A stretch of DNA of 60,254 nt, filler included, from Asterionella formosa (taxonomy: Eukaryota), in the NCBI GenBank assembly GCA_002256025.1. It is 5 parts of 5 records of this genome, joined end to end, with 100 filler letters (N's around TTAATTAATTAA, not from the genome) between each part and the next. Parts side by side here need not be neighbours in the genome. Positions count along the whole stretch, not along the records: positions 12,106 to 24,096 come from NKIB01007993.1; positions 24,197 to 36,157 come from NKIB01008007.1; positions 36,258 to 48,208 come from NKIB01008023.1; 2 more parts are not named here. One strand, given 5' to 3'. Positions 23,814 to 36,737 of the stretch are shown in pieces (positions within the stretch are counted from its first letter, which is position 1; the number at the start of each line of letters is the position of its first letter). The translations under genes and the position numbers were made by a program. The notes under the pieces were generated by a model. The model saw only the letters and a list, made by a program, of their open reading frames with translations. It did no database searches and was not told the origin of the DNA.

Positions 23814-24846
23814 TTATTTTATTAATTTCTTGTTTTTATGTCGTAGGAATTGTGATATTTTCATTTAAGTGGACATGCATTGATGTGTGAGGGCGTCCAG
23901 AGATCACGAGGTGGGGGTGGAGACGATGCACTCATACATAAATCATTGACTTCACATACTTCATATGTAGAGAGCAAGAAAAATACCGTAGACCATGCAT
24001 ACCGGTATGTATAGACAATATTTGTTAGTAAAAGTGTACCTGCTTGTATTTTGACAGTATGTACAGTACTATTTATACTGATGATCATTATTACTANNNN
24101 NNNNNNNNNNNNNNNNNNNNNNNNNNNNNNNNNNNNNNNNTTAATTAATTAANNNNNNNNNNNNNNNNNNNNNNNNNNNNNNNNNNNNNNNNNNNNAGAC
24201 AACTGTTACCGGTAGTCTTCCATGTACCAGTACATCTGTGCAAATGTACTCCTACGACCATTTGTGACGTTTATTTGTTGGAAGTAGGTAGCTACCCGGA
24301 CCTTGTAGTATGTACCTGGTACCGGTACCAGTACCAGGTACCTGGTACCAGTACCGCAACACTACACAAGTGTTCATTTATATGTAGCTTTCATGGCTAG
24401 GTAACAATGAACTGGCGGAACAAACACACGAAAACCCGACTAAAATTCCATTTACGTAAATAACGAAATTATACCGAATATTGATTATTATACATGCCTT
24501 TAATAATTCCACTCATTGTTGACGTTAGCAAAAAGCCGCGAAAGTTATTATTATGCCGAGCCGACAAAGTCCAGTCATCGAGTCAGCGTTACAATAACTA
24601 ACGCACTTTGTTGCGACAAGGAGTAGCTATGAATGAGACTGAAGGATTAGACATGGCGACCATGACGTTGTTAATGATTCAAGCCCTTCTGGTGATCTAT
24701 ACAAACAGATGTTAATTAATGAAATCCTCAATAGAAGTAGTTTTGACAGAGTACAACCATCGCAGTATGTAGTCTTGGTCAAAAGTGGCAGATTGGAATG
24801 TATGAATCATAATGGTCCAGCTAGGATAGAAAAGGTCTTGTAGTTT

Positions 24847-25224
24847 TCACCGGGAAAAGTCGCTGATTTTAACGTTTCCCTGCTTTCGATATCTCTTCTT
24901 TTTGAGAATCGATGGAACGCGAGACGTTGGTCGCACTCGTCCACTTCCCCCACTTTCAACGGAGGAATCATCATCTCCATGACGCCTCAGAGACTGACGT
25001 TTCTTCTCGGCTGTCGTATCAGGCAAGATGGCCTCCAGCAAACCTGAAAACCACGATTTCTCATGTTCGTCGCTATCATCAACGTAGCAAAAGAATCCCG
25101 AGATACCAGAACGGGAGTTTTGACGCACAAATTTTTCATTCCTTGTCGAGTAGTGAAAGCGTTCCGAGTGATGCTTCTGATGAAACTGAGACCAACTCTC
25201 AGTTTTAAGAATTTCACCACGCAT
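24847..25224 (-). CDS. Hypothetical protein, 125 aa
   Basis: AAAATG start context, coding-like composition and a basic C-terminal cluster (KKKRYRK). No recognised domain. Confidence 0.5.
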   Translation of the reverse strand: MRGEILKTESWSQFHQKHHSERFHYSTRNEKFVRQNSRSGISGFFCYVDDSDEHEKSWFSGLLEAILPDTTAEKKRQSLRRHGDDDSSVESGGSGRVRPTSRVPSILKKKRYRKQGNVKISDFSR

Positions 25225-26156
25225 TTTGCGATTCTTCCTTGTATCGAACTAAAATCTTAATGCACGACGATTTGAATGATACACAATGAGATAATGGACT
25301 TGGTGGAGATGGATATGCGCTTCTCTACCTCCTACGGCACGAAAGGAAGCAATCACGGCGAATAGTGAACACAGTGAGAATTGAATCAAGGATTGTGGCA
25401 ACAAGATTGATTGTGATGTTTGATTCCTATTTTTTTGTTATATACATAATAAAATAATATACTCATTTATTCGTAATAGGGGTATATGTATATTTATGTT
25501 CAAATTTGTTTGTGACGACATATGCAGAAGTGAAGGCTGGATAGACATTCAGTCTTGTATTCCCTTTCGACATCGGAGTAAACCTAACGTCCAATTAACA
25601 TCGATTTAACGTGTATCTTTGAAAACGAACTCCTTTACTGTCAGCTATTCGGCTGGCGATTATTTGCTCTGCCTGCGGTGAGTCACGCCACGAAGCAATG
25701 CTACCGGTGCATGTCAGTCTTCCATCATCCTGTCGCTCCCGTTGATCTAGTGAAGAAGTGAGCGAGGGCAGCATCAGCTATTTTGCATTGTTGCATACAA
25801 GATATGTACCAGGATACCTGTTACAGGTACTGTGATCCCTGGCTCTATTCGGAGTACCAGGTAACACCGTGGTACCTGGTACCAACCACACCTCAAATTG
25901 AGACGATCTGCCTGTTCGTTTAGTCTGCGCTGTGTGCTGGGAATTCATGGCTGGTGGTGCACGTGGTATATCGTTGAAGTAGTTAAAAGTACACATAGCA
26001 TAGGTTTCCTTTCGTCATTTTGATTGTTATTGTACTTCGTCTTTTGTTAGGCTGTACGACAGGCTATCAAATCCACTTCTTTCGCCTCTCACGTCGGTTT
26101 TGAGAAGCGCGAGGAACGAACCGGAAACGAGCGATTCGTGGTGGCGCCAGAAGAAG

Positions 26157-28714
26157 ATGAATGCAGTGCCCTCTGAATTAGCAACTAAAGAATCAGATTG
26201 GAGCCCAACGAGAGTGTCAGAGTTTGAGGGACAGGAGCAAGTTAAAGATCCAGCCAGAGCACCCAAAGAAATCATAGTCACACCAAGCGTTTCCGCTTCC
26301 CCGATATACCGCATACACCCATCGACAGGGGGGCAACAACGAGTCCAACAACATCCGAATATGGCAACTGCGCCTTCTCATCGAGAGCCCATGCACATGC
26401 TTCTGGGAACGCTCGAAGAGTCCTCTTCTGTATCTTCTTCCAGCGATGTTTCCGACACGAAACGCGACGACGAAAAGAGGGCAGCGAAGAAGGAGGCCGA
26501 GGAAGTGCGACAGAGACTTTTTCAAAACGACCTAGAAGAGGGTGCTCCATATCGTGGAATGACTGCGAACCAGAAGGAGATTCACAAACTTAAAACCCTC
26601 GCAACCCAACACGCATCTCGTGGGAAGGAAGAAGATGCCATCAAGGTTTACCATCGGGCGTTGAGAATCATGAAATCTGACTTGGGAAGAATCAAGAAGA
26701 ACCTGCAAAAATCTCAGCAAAAGGCACCACAAGCACGGCGCGGAGCGGAACAGCTTCACGAAGAGTGGATGCAGTTAGCAACGACTCTGGCGGAAATTCG
26801 AACGATCATGGCCATCTTGTACGAACGCATGGGAGAGTATGAGAAAGCCATTTCGTCATGTGAGGAGGCAAAGGATGTGTACAGCTCCTATGCTCGTCTA
26901 ATTGCAAGAAACGGTATTGCTGACTCAGATATTGATGAGTTTGCCAACCAAATGGATGTGATGTTGGATCGACTAAATGTCGCTCGCGGCAGCTTCGATG
27001 GTCGAAAAGAGTTACACGAAGGAATCCTTCAATGTAGAGTGAAAATAGCAAAAGCCAAAGATCCTGCACTCAAAGAGCAATTATACGACAAAGTCTTCAA
27101 TTTACTGAACAAGGTCCTTGATATGGAGCGAGTTAGTCTTGGTGAGTCGCATCCTCAGATATCTGATACACTTCGTATTTTTGCGACATTATACTTTGAG
27201 AAAGGTCAGTTCGAGCACGCGGTGGAAACGACAGAGGATGCTATTGGCATCTTGAAGTTGTGTTTGGGGTCAGAACATCCCAGAACCGCGTTGGCGATGC
27301 GTTCTTTGGCGAAAATTCACGAAATGAGGGACAGAGACCCCCGGGACACGGAGCTCGCGATTAGGTATTACAACGAAGCTGTCGTTGTGTTGAAGCAAGC
27401 GTATGGACCAAACCACAATATGGTTGGATCAACTTTGAATAATGTTGCAGTGCTTCACATTAAACGAGGAGAATATGATGAAGCCGTCGAAACTCTAAGC
27501 GACGCTCTGATATCTTATGAGTCCGTTGCCGACGGTGGAAGCTCGATTAACCCTGATGCTGCCCAAGTCTGGAAGAACCTTGGAGAATGTTATACTCGAC
27601 AGCGCGAATGGGAGAATGCCCATTTTGCGTACACAAGTGCTTTGGAAGTACAGCGAGAAGCCCGACGTGGTCTTGAACGATTGAAGGTGACTGGCAGCCC
27701 TTCGTCCTCATCTGGCGTTTCCCTGGTGAAGAATGCTCCCAAAGGGTCGGATGACGCCTCGATGGCTGATACATTATTGAGACTTGGTAGAGCAACCAAG
27801 GAGACTGGGCGACACGATGATTCTTATAAGATCTACAAGGAAGGCTTGCGTATTTTTCGTAAGCTCTACCAAGCTTCGAAGACGAGCCATAATCCCCAAG
27901 TTTTGGCCGAGGCTCAGGATAGGCTTGCTCACACCATGTACTGCATCGCCGAAGTGCAAGAGATTCGAGGACACTACAACGAAGCGGTACAATTTTACAC
28001 CGAATCGCTAAACCTGCGATTGAACAGCGATGCCAATCGGTCCGAAAATCGATTAAATATGGTGCACTGTGCTATGGCATTGGCTGGCATTGGTAATGTG
28101 CACATGCAAAAACGTGAGGGCGCAGATGCATGCGTGTCATACAATGAGTCTCTTCGTTTTCTAAAAGCACACGGTAAGTTGACGATTGATGGATCAAATT
28201 TTGTTTCACTATGTCGCTCATTCTAGCTGTTGCAGGAGTTCCGGATGAACACGAAATTGCACAAGCAATAAAGGGCAAGTTACTTGCTGCAGAAAGTAGC
28301 CTAGCATCATCATCTTTCGACAGCGAGTGCTCCTTTGACACACCAAGTGGTCCGAATATCGATCGTACGTTAGAGATGGATTTGGACGCCGAGGAACAAA
28401 TCGAGAATGGTGAATATGATGCTGCAATTAAGACACTCACTGCCATCCTATCTATTCGGCGTCAGCGACTGACAAGGAGGCAAAGAAAGGAAAAGCGGAC
28501 TATCAATCTGAGGGAAAAGAGTGAGGTTGCAAGGACACTCTGCTCGTTTGCAAAAGTGCTGCGAAAAAAGGGCGAGGTCAAGCAGTCTCTTATGTTGTTC
28601 ACAGAGGCACGACGGTTGTTTATTTCTAATGGCGTTGACGACACCGATGAGCTTATTGTCAGTATTGGGAGAGAAATTGACCAGTTGAGTGAGGGAGATC
28701 TTACCGATATGTGA
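26157..28714 (+). CDS. Tetratricopeptide repeat protein (kinesin light chain / nephrocystin-3-like TPRs)
   Basis: Exons 26157-28173 and 28236-28714; intron GTAAG..CAG. Repeats LGESHPQISDTL, LGSEHPRTALAM and YGPNHNMVGSTLNNVA. True start uncertain; the frame is open from about 26004. Confidence 0.88.
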
Positions 28715-28743
28715 TTCTTAATTTAGTAATTTGTTATTACACA

Positions 28744-30226
28744 CTACGTATTTGGCATCTTTTCACCGCAAGAAAAGCAAAATCTTGCTGATACTGGCAC
28801 CTTTGTTCCGCATGCCATGCAAAATCTACTTTCCTCGGCTTTGGTGTTACCCTCATGCAGACGCCGTGCCGGTGGCGGCCGAGTGGCAGTGTTGGTAATT
28901 GGTTCGACCATTTCCTCGGTCGCTGCTGACATGACAGCCTTCTGTGCAGCGCTCTGATGCCAATTATCTAGGACTTGGTGTAGTGATGCGAATGTATCGA
29001 TAATCGAGTCGGCGAACTCATCCTGCAATGAAGTAGCCAAGTAATCCCCGCCACCAATGTCCATCTTAATTTCTTTCATTCCAGAAATTTTCTTCACGAA
29101 TTCGTCGACTGATAGTTTCGGTGGCTCGTCTGCTTTCAATTCCTCTATTGGCTTTACAATCAACTCTCGGCACCATACACTTCTCATTCCCAATTCCTTG
29201 GCTGCCACAATGTCCTTGACAAAGTCATCTCCAATGTGGACCCACCAAGAGCCAATGATATCTTCCATCTTTTCATCAGTCAAGTTTGGTTGGTGTAGAT
29301 CGAAGATATCTTGCACACAAGTATGTGTCGCTGCTTCACGCATGGCTGTCAGATAAACTTCTCGTGCTGGTTTCGAAATACCAACGCTTTCGGCATTGAC
29401 ACAAAAGTCAAAGTAGGCTGCAAGCTGAGGAATATTTCGTGGATCTGAGTTACCATCAGTGATGGCTCCTATTAACACTGGTTGACCTGTGGAAGACTCT
29501 ATTCTTCTAATCTTTTGCAATGTCTCTACCACCGAGTCGACAAGGTGTAAGTTAATTGCTTCGTGTCGAGCATTCGTCCACACAGTGAATGATTGTTCAG
29601 CTAGGTCCTTTGCCTCTTCTGCGGAATATTCATTATGCTGCAGCAGCACAAATTCTAGCGCGTCTGTTCGAAGCTGGGTTAAAAGTACAGGAGCTTTCGC
29701 ATCCTCACCTCCAATGGGTGCATACTTTGCCTTGGATCGTTCCCAGAGTTGTCCCATAATAACCTCGACTCGCTGGGGTTGGACAATGCTCATGGTATCA
29801 AGGAACTTGGCCAGCTCATCGTTGGCCGCTGAAATTGTCGGCCCAGTCTTCCACAAGGTGTTGTCTAGGTCAAAAGTGACAACACGAATTTGATTTGGGC
29901 TAAAGTTCTTTTGCGAGATATAATTGTCTGCTTCGTCGCCAGCACTGCATGCAAGTGGGTTTTGTAAAATAATATAATATGTGAAAAGCGGTGAGTCGAG
30001 AAAATAAGTTACAATCCAAAGCAAGGATCAACCGAACTCACGAATACATGGTTTCCCACTTCAAAATATCTTCCTCAGCAGGGTTGGCATAGATAGATAG
30101 ATGGCGAGCTCCCCACGATCCATATCGTGCCAGCGGTCTGAAGGCGCGGCTGACGGGAGAGAAGAGAATGGCAAAGGTAGCTGCAATTGAAATTGTAGAA
30201 GCGATGGAAACTCGAAGCAAAAACAT
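28744..30226 (-). CDS. HAD-superfamily hydrolase with likely plastid presequence and C-terminal double zinc ribbon
   Basis: Exons 30226-30042 and 29944-28744; intron GTGAG..CAG. Motif I FDLDNTLW, ITDGN, KP and HIGDDFVKDI. N-terminal hydrophobic signal ends SRA-F. C-terminal CMACG..CFSCG. Confidence 0.88.
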
Positions 30227-31175
30227 GAAATTATGAATGAAGTGATGGTTCTGGACAGGAGGAAGGATAGCGACGAAGGTGAAACAATCCTTAATTGAAT
30301 ACAGCACACGATCTGTCTACTATTGGACCATTGCTTTCCTTTTTTCGGATGAGACGAATGGAATATTGTAGACAACAATTACCGGTATTTGGTACCGGAG
30401 ATTAATATCCGAGACTTACCGGTGTATTTCTATATATATTACACACGCACATACAGTACACAAATTACGTTGCTGTACAAAAACGCAACTCGGAGTACCA
30501 CCAGGTACCATGTCCAGTCTACACATGATTACATGGCTAACATGATACCGTCATCACCAAAACCGGTACCGGTACAGGTATAATAGTCCTGGTANNNNNN
30601 NNNNNNNNNNNNNNNNNNNNNNNNNNNNNNNNNNNNNNNNNNNNNNNNNNNNNNNNNNNNNNNNNNNNNNNNNNNNNNNNNNNNNNNNNNNNNNNNNNNN
30701 NNNNNNNNNNNNNNNNNNNNNNNNNNNNNNNNNNNNNNNNNNNNNNNNNNNNNNNNNNNNNNNNNNNNNNNNNNNNNNNNNNNNNNNNNNNNNNNNNNNN
30801 NNNNNNNNNNNNNNNNNNNNNNNNNNNNNNNNNNNNNNNNNNNNNNNNNNNNNNNNNNNNNNNNNNNNNNNNNNNNNNNNNNNNNNNNNNNNNNNNNNNN
30901 NNNNNNNNNNNNNNNNNNNNNNNNNNNNNNNNNNNNNNNNNNNNNNNNNNNNNNNNNNNNNNNNNNNNNNNNNNNNNNNNNNNNNNNNNNNNNNNNNNNN
31001 NNNNNNNNNNNNNNNNNNNNNNNNNNNNNNNNNNNNNNNNNNNNNNNNNNNNNNNNNNNNNNNNNNNNNNNNNNNNNNNNNNNNNNNNNNNNNNNNNNNN
31101 NNNNNNNNNNNNNNNNNNNNNNNNNNNNNNNNNNNNNNNNNNNNNNNNNNNNNNNNNTCTGGTTTAATGAAAAAC

Positions 31176-31233
31176 ACAATTTAATTTGAGATAAAGATAG
31201 CTAAATCTTTAGTTGAGCAAAAGTACCGCAACT
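31176..31233 (+). repeat. Second, gap-adjacent copy of the 9279-9365 MITE-like element
   Basis: GATAAAGATAGCTAAATCTTTAGTTGAGCAAAA(G/T)TACCGCAACT is near-identical to 9320-9363. Confidence 0.75.
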
Positions 31234-31480
31234 AAAAATCATTGTTGTGGAAGTTCACTCCTTGCTGTATTAATAGTCTACTACAATAGTAACGAGCTGT
31301 CCATCTTGTTTATTTAAGGATTTACAGATTGAGTAAGGCACAACACACACTGCTTATGCTCTGTACGGCCTCAAGATCATGAGACATTCAAAAGAATTGG
31401 TTCTCAGACATAATAGTAAGCTTGGAAGTCGCCTTGAATGAATTGGTTGTCAGACATTATAGGAAGTCGTCTTGAATACA

Positions 31481-32796
31481 ATGGAACAATCACAGTCGGT
31501 GCAAGTTGGACGTTTGATCATTCATGCTGCTAGCAACGTGTTGGCACGACTGCAGCTTCCACCGGAGGAGGAGGCGCCTGCCTTTGACTACATCCCAGCT
31601 AGTCAATACCAGCGACTCCAGGACGCCTTCCATGGTCTGATTCCGTGGCTACAGAAGATTCTATACCTTTCATTTATCAGTATCATTCTACTTTGCACTT
31701 CCATCGTCTCATATGGTTTATTCTATTATGCTGCCATGCCATCCACTTATGCATCACAGCATTTATACTTTGATTACACCTGCGGATCTGTAGGATGCCA
31801 CGATGGACCCAACAATGATATGACATGTACTTCTCACACTTGCACCCCTATGGCAATGGTGGATCTTTTTTCGGATCATGCTCCTTGGGACGCCATTCAT
31901 CCAGATGTATCATTCCCCCTGCCCATATCACATGATCGAGTACTCGTCGCTCGTCAGCCATACTATTTGGAAGTCGTCTTGCATCTTCCAGAATCAGACA
32001 CCAACCGCAATGTTGGAATGTTCGCAGTTCAGGTGGAGCTCCAGACAAGCAACAAGACTGTGTTGGCATCATCGATACGATCGGCAAGACTACCCCACGA
32101 AAGCAACTGGGTGGGAGTTATTCGCAAGACAATAACGATTTTGCCACTTTTGTTGGGAACTACAACAGAACGTAGAGTCGTAATCGTACCATCCTATCGA
32201 CGTTTTATAGAGACGTTAGAGGCTCCACTGGTACGTTTTATTGATGATGCCACCACATGGATTCTTGCCTAACCAAGTATTAACGTGTTTGTCTTTTCGT
32301 ATTCAAGAGACACATTGTTGTAAGACTCTTGTCCCGAGGAAAATTATGGCCCGCAGGCTCACCTATTGAAGTGATTTTCGGTGAAGTACGAATTGGAAAG
32401 GAATTGAATGTGATGCAAGACATGCTCAAGGAATGGTTCTATGCGTGTGCTGCCATTGGAGTGGTGCTCCTATTTCTCGTTCAGGCATCGATCTGCATTT
32501 TGGTGCACATTTGGTGGGATTGGCGAGCTCGGAAACGCCACGAAGTGGCTGCCCGTCAGACCGAGGAAGAAAATCCTCATGATTTCGGCGATACAAATTT
32601 CTTCATTTCAGATGATGAGTATGATCAATGGGATGAAATGCCACCAAATGACACGCCGGACGATGAAATGAGGACTCCACATCTTTCAAGTGAACAAAAC
32701 TTGGACAACTATGATGAAACTTCTGCAACAGCTCCAGACGATGACAATTTGACAGAAAGGCAAAGCAATGCCGAGTCTCATGAAATGGAGACCTGA
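31481..32796 (+). CDS. BSCL2: Seipin (lipid droplet biogenesis protein)
   Basis: Exons 31481-32230 and 32308-32796. TM1 followed by YGLFYY..P, LYFDY and Q.Y..VVLHLPES..N..VGMF.V; second TM; acidic cytosolic tail. Confidence 0.88.
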
Positions 32797-33507
32797 TGGC
32801 AACATGTTGTTTGTGTGCTTCTGCTTGGCGAGGGGATTGCAGAGTTTGTCCACCTTTGTCAGGGCCCTGGTCCTTGGTTTATTTACTTGTATGTGACCTA
32901 CCCGAATATATGACAAAAGACGAAAAATAGGAAATTGTGAAGCTACCGGTTTTATAGGTACGTAAAGCGTGGTTCAAGCCAACCGAAATCATACATACGT
33001 GTACTGTATGGCTGTATCTGTAATTTTAACGTGCACAGACACACATGTCCCTAGTGTATTTTTTTTTTAGTCCGAAAATAGCAGTGGGCAATATTTTGTT
33101 GGCTAAAATTCTTGCAACAACATTACCGGTATATACATAGATCAACAACATCAGAACCGAACAAGCAAGAATGACTGACTGCCTTCCTCGTCTGCCTACT
33201 GTACTGGTGGTAGGGCTATAAAGGTTCCAGCACTCGTCCTTTCCTCATTTCTTGATTTACCGGTACCTACCTCCTCCTCGCAAGCCGAGAACTTTTCCGC
33301 CAACAAAATATATGCAGTACATACGACCGGCATGTAAAGGACGATATAAGAAATACCGGTATATAGTTGGTACCGGTATCATCGGGCCGTCGACTGCATT
33401 CGCCGCACCAGCCATCACGCACTAGGTACCACACCAGGGTACTCTCCGAGTACATTGTTACATTTACCCACGTTAACACAACCAACTCCCTCTAGCACAT
33501 ATTGATC

Positions 33508-34911
33508 ATGGAAGGATCTGACGACAACTACTACGGAAGTGATGGAGGCTACGATGGCTACGACGACGAAGTAGGAGGCGACATTGCTCGACATGCATCC
33601 CAAGATGTTGATTTTGATGATCCAAAGATTGCAAGCTTGCCTCGCGTTCTCTTGATGGGTCCACGGCGAGGAGGAAAGACAAGCATCCAGGTGCGTGTGT
33701 GAGAGCGGACTGGTAGTTGTATGCCAGTTACTTAAAACAGCATTCCGTATTCGCTAACATTCCTGTATTGTATCATGTAGAGAGTCGTTTTCCACAAAAT
33801 GTCGCCTCACGAAACACTCTTTAGATTGGAAGCCACACAAGGGTTGGAACGGGCCGTGGTGGACCACACTCCCCTTTGTCGCTTCACCATTTGGGACTTC
33901 CCTGGGGACTATTATGGTGATGACTCGGAACAAATTGAGGACGATGTCTTTGGAGGGCCAACGTCACTGATTTTTGTCATGGACGCACAGGATGAACCGT
34001 ACGACCATGTATTGCAATCATTCACCAACGCTGTGTCAAGGGCTATTCAGGTAAATCCACACATTACTATTGAAGTCTTTATCAACAAAGTGGACGGGGA
34101 ACTGTTTCTATCCGACGAGTCAAAGTACGATTGCCGACGGGACATTATGGCGCAAGTGACAGATGAGTTGCACGAAGCGGGGGTCAGCCCAGATGGGGTG
34201 CACATTCGATACCACTTGACAAGTATTTATGACCATTCCATTTATGAAGCCCTCAGTCGAGTGGTTCAACGTTTGATTCCCCAGTTGCCAACGTTGGAGA
34301 ACCTGTTGAACACTTTGGTCAGCACCTGCTCGATGGAAAAGGCGTATTTGTTTGATATTGTGAGTAAGCTGTACATTTCGACGGACTCGAGTCCAGTGGA
34401 TATGCAGTCAGTAGAGTTGTGTTCCGATATGATTGATGTTGTACTGGATGTTAGCGGCATTTATGGATTGGGTCCCAGCAATGTAATCGAGGACGATGAG
34501 CATGATAACGAGGAGAAGAAAAATGGAACTAAGGATACATCTGGCAAGGATAATTTGGTGGGAACACTCATCGGCCAGGACCTAAAGTTAGATGCGGACT
34601 TGGTAGACCCTGATACGGCCTATGATTTTGAAAGCGCAAGTGTCATTCGACTTCACAATGGTATGGTAAGTGCTGCTGGGATTTTTCTTGTCGTCATGTT
34701 TTTAGTGCTTTCTCACAAATTTGCTGCCAATGAGTAGGTATTATACTTAAAGGAAGTTGACACCATGTTGGCATTAGTGTGCATAACTCGAGCTGAAAAC
34801 TTCAGAAAAATGAGTTTGATCAATTACAACATTGGATGCCTTAAGAAGGCATTTCGAGGTTTGGTGAAGCCAGCTTCAACGCTTGAAAATAGTGAACATT
34901 CGTTGCAATAA
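33508..34911 (+). CDS. RRAGC: Rag C/D (Gtr2) GTPase, TORC1 amino-acid signalling
   Basis: Exons 33508-33690, 33781-34665 and 34738-34911. P-loop LLMGPRRGGKTSI.RVVFHKMSPHETLF, IWDFPG, NKVDG, LTSIYDHSIYEA and roadblock-domain ELCSDMIDVV.D.SGIYG. Confidence 0.95.
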
Positions 34912-34978
34912 CTGGTGTAAGGAATATGGAGTCTATCATAGGTTTTAATCATAAAGGTCCTACTAGCACATTGCTGCT

Positions 34979-36157
34979 TTAATCTTCAGTAGTAGCTTCA
35001 CTAGGATCATCGTCCGTACCCGAACCTTTGTCAGCGTTATTCCCTTGTCCCTCCTCTTCGTCGTCCGTCACGTCCTGCTCATACACTGTTCCACCGCCTC
35101 CATCGACGAGCTCGCCTTTCAAACCATCGTCCTTTCCATAGATACCTGTGGTTTGCATTGTATGACTTCCCTTCTTGGTCTTCTTGGCGGCTGCTCGGTC
35201 CTTTAAGCTGACGGAGGGTTCGATTGTGGAGGGAAAGCTACCAACCTTGATCACGATGGTAGCGGCAGGGTACAAGCCATGTTCGCGAAATGACTTATCC
35301 ATGGCTTTTTTATCTGAAGACTTTATAACAACTTTCTTTGCTGCACAAGTTATTTGGAATTCGTCGCTTTCATCGAGAGACACTGGAAGGTCCGGTAAGA
35401 TGGATTTGAGCATTTGGTCGGCCTGCACAACAAGATCGTGAACTTTCTTCTTTCCTTCCAATCGAACCTTTATCAACGTCAGATTAGGATCAACGTCCTC
35501 GATTTCTTCTTCCTCTTCTTCGTCTACCTTATCAAAAGCGCCTTCTTGCAGTAGGCGGTCTCGTTCCGCCAAATCTTTGCGCTTTCTCATGGCAGTCGCT
35601 ACGTCATGGCGACTCCTGTCAATCCATTTGTCAATACAGTCCCTGGCAACTGTTAATGGTGCAACATTGACTACATTTTTTCCCTTGCCGACAATCATGC
35701 TGCCTTCACCATCAGGAGAAAACCCAATTCCTTTCAGGATTGCAATGGCAGGTGGGAAATTAGTCACTTTCGAGGCAATCACGTTATTCTTAAGGTTGAG
35801 TTTACGAAACTTCTCTTCATGAGGATCGCGGATGATATTGGACAAGAGAGATCGGAGAACCTTTGCAGAATCTTCCGCATCAGCAAAATTTCCTCCGTGT
35901 GCCTTGACAAGGTCATCCAGTCTCACTGCCATTCGGTCTTGCAAACGTTCTCTGGCGGAAAAGGAGAAAGTAGCAATACCCGCGACTTTAGCTAGCTTTG
36001 CACTGAGCTCAGCAAATTTCTTCTTCTCATCTTTTGAAAGGGCTGGGTTGAAATCAGCTCCTGGCATCAAAAGGCCCATCATGAAATTCTTCATCATTTC
36101 TTCACCCCGGGGCATTCCCTTGAAACTATTGAGAATCTTTCCATCCTTGACACCAAA
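34979..36157 (-). CDS. PUB-domain protein with a ubiquitin-like/UBX-like region; 5' end lost in a gap
   Basis: PUB motif LLSNIIRDPHEEKFRKLNLKN..AILKGIGF. Downstream IKVRLEG..SFREHGLYPAATIVI resembles UBX. The frame is open into the gap. Confidence 0.8.
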   Translation of the reverse strand, partial: FGVKDGKILNSFKGMPRGEEMMKNFMMGLLMPGADFNPALSKDEKKKFAELSAKLAKVAGIATFSFSARERLQDRMAVRLDDLVKAHGGNFADAEDSAKVLRSLLSNIIRDPHEEKFRKLNLKNNVIASKVTNFPPAIAILKGIGFSPDGEGSMIVGKGKNVVNVAPLTVARDCIDKWIDRSRHDVATAMRKRKDLAERDRLLQEGAFDKVDEEEEEEIEDVDPNLTLIKVRLEGKKKVHDLVVQADQMLKSILPDLPVSLDESDEFQITCAAKKVVIKSSDKKAMDKSFREHGLYPAATIVIKVGSFPSTIEPSVSLKDRAAAKKTKKGSHTMQTTGIYGKDDGLKGELVDGGGGTVYEQDVTDDEEEGQGNNADKGSGTDDDPSEATTED

Positions 36158-36737
36158 NNNNNNNNNNNNNNNNNNNNNNNNNNNNNNNNNNNNNNNNNNN
36201 NTTAATTAATTAANNNNNNNNNNNNNNNNNNNNNNNNNNNNNNNNNNNNNNNNNNNNAACAGGATATCTACACACACACAAGCAAACAATTTACATAAAT
36301 AGCTACATCTAAGCGGCAATAAAAAGCAAGCACATCAGCAAGTATGACTAAAACTTTTCTATATTACGTTTCATATAATGGAGCTAGTGCAAGCAAGTAT
36401 TACAATTTGCGTTGACCAAACTGGCTACTGTGGTTTTCAAGGGGCATCAAGTTTGTTCATGCGCCGAAATTTGAGAAAACACGAGAAATTATTAATTTGA
36501 GTTCTATCATTGGAAAATTGTGTTTGTTTGCTTTTGTCTGCCTGATTCCCAAAGAACCCACCAGGAGTCAATTTTAAGAATTACAAAAATGTATATTTCT
36601 TACAACGTGAATATTTATATACTATTTATAGTTGTACAATTGCTTGCTCAATGCATACCGGTATGTTCTTACTATGCATTCGAATTTCATGTGTATATGC
36701 ATGCCAGTATATATCTACTATACATAGCAGTCATTTA

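Noticed and set aside
31481..36157. Seipin-RagC-PUB neighbourhood as a lipid/TOR functional cluster
   Set aside because: No evidence beyond adjacency in a gene-dense genome.
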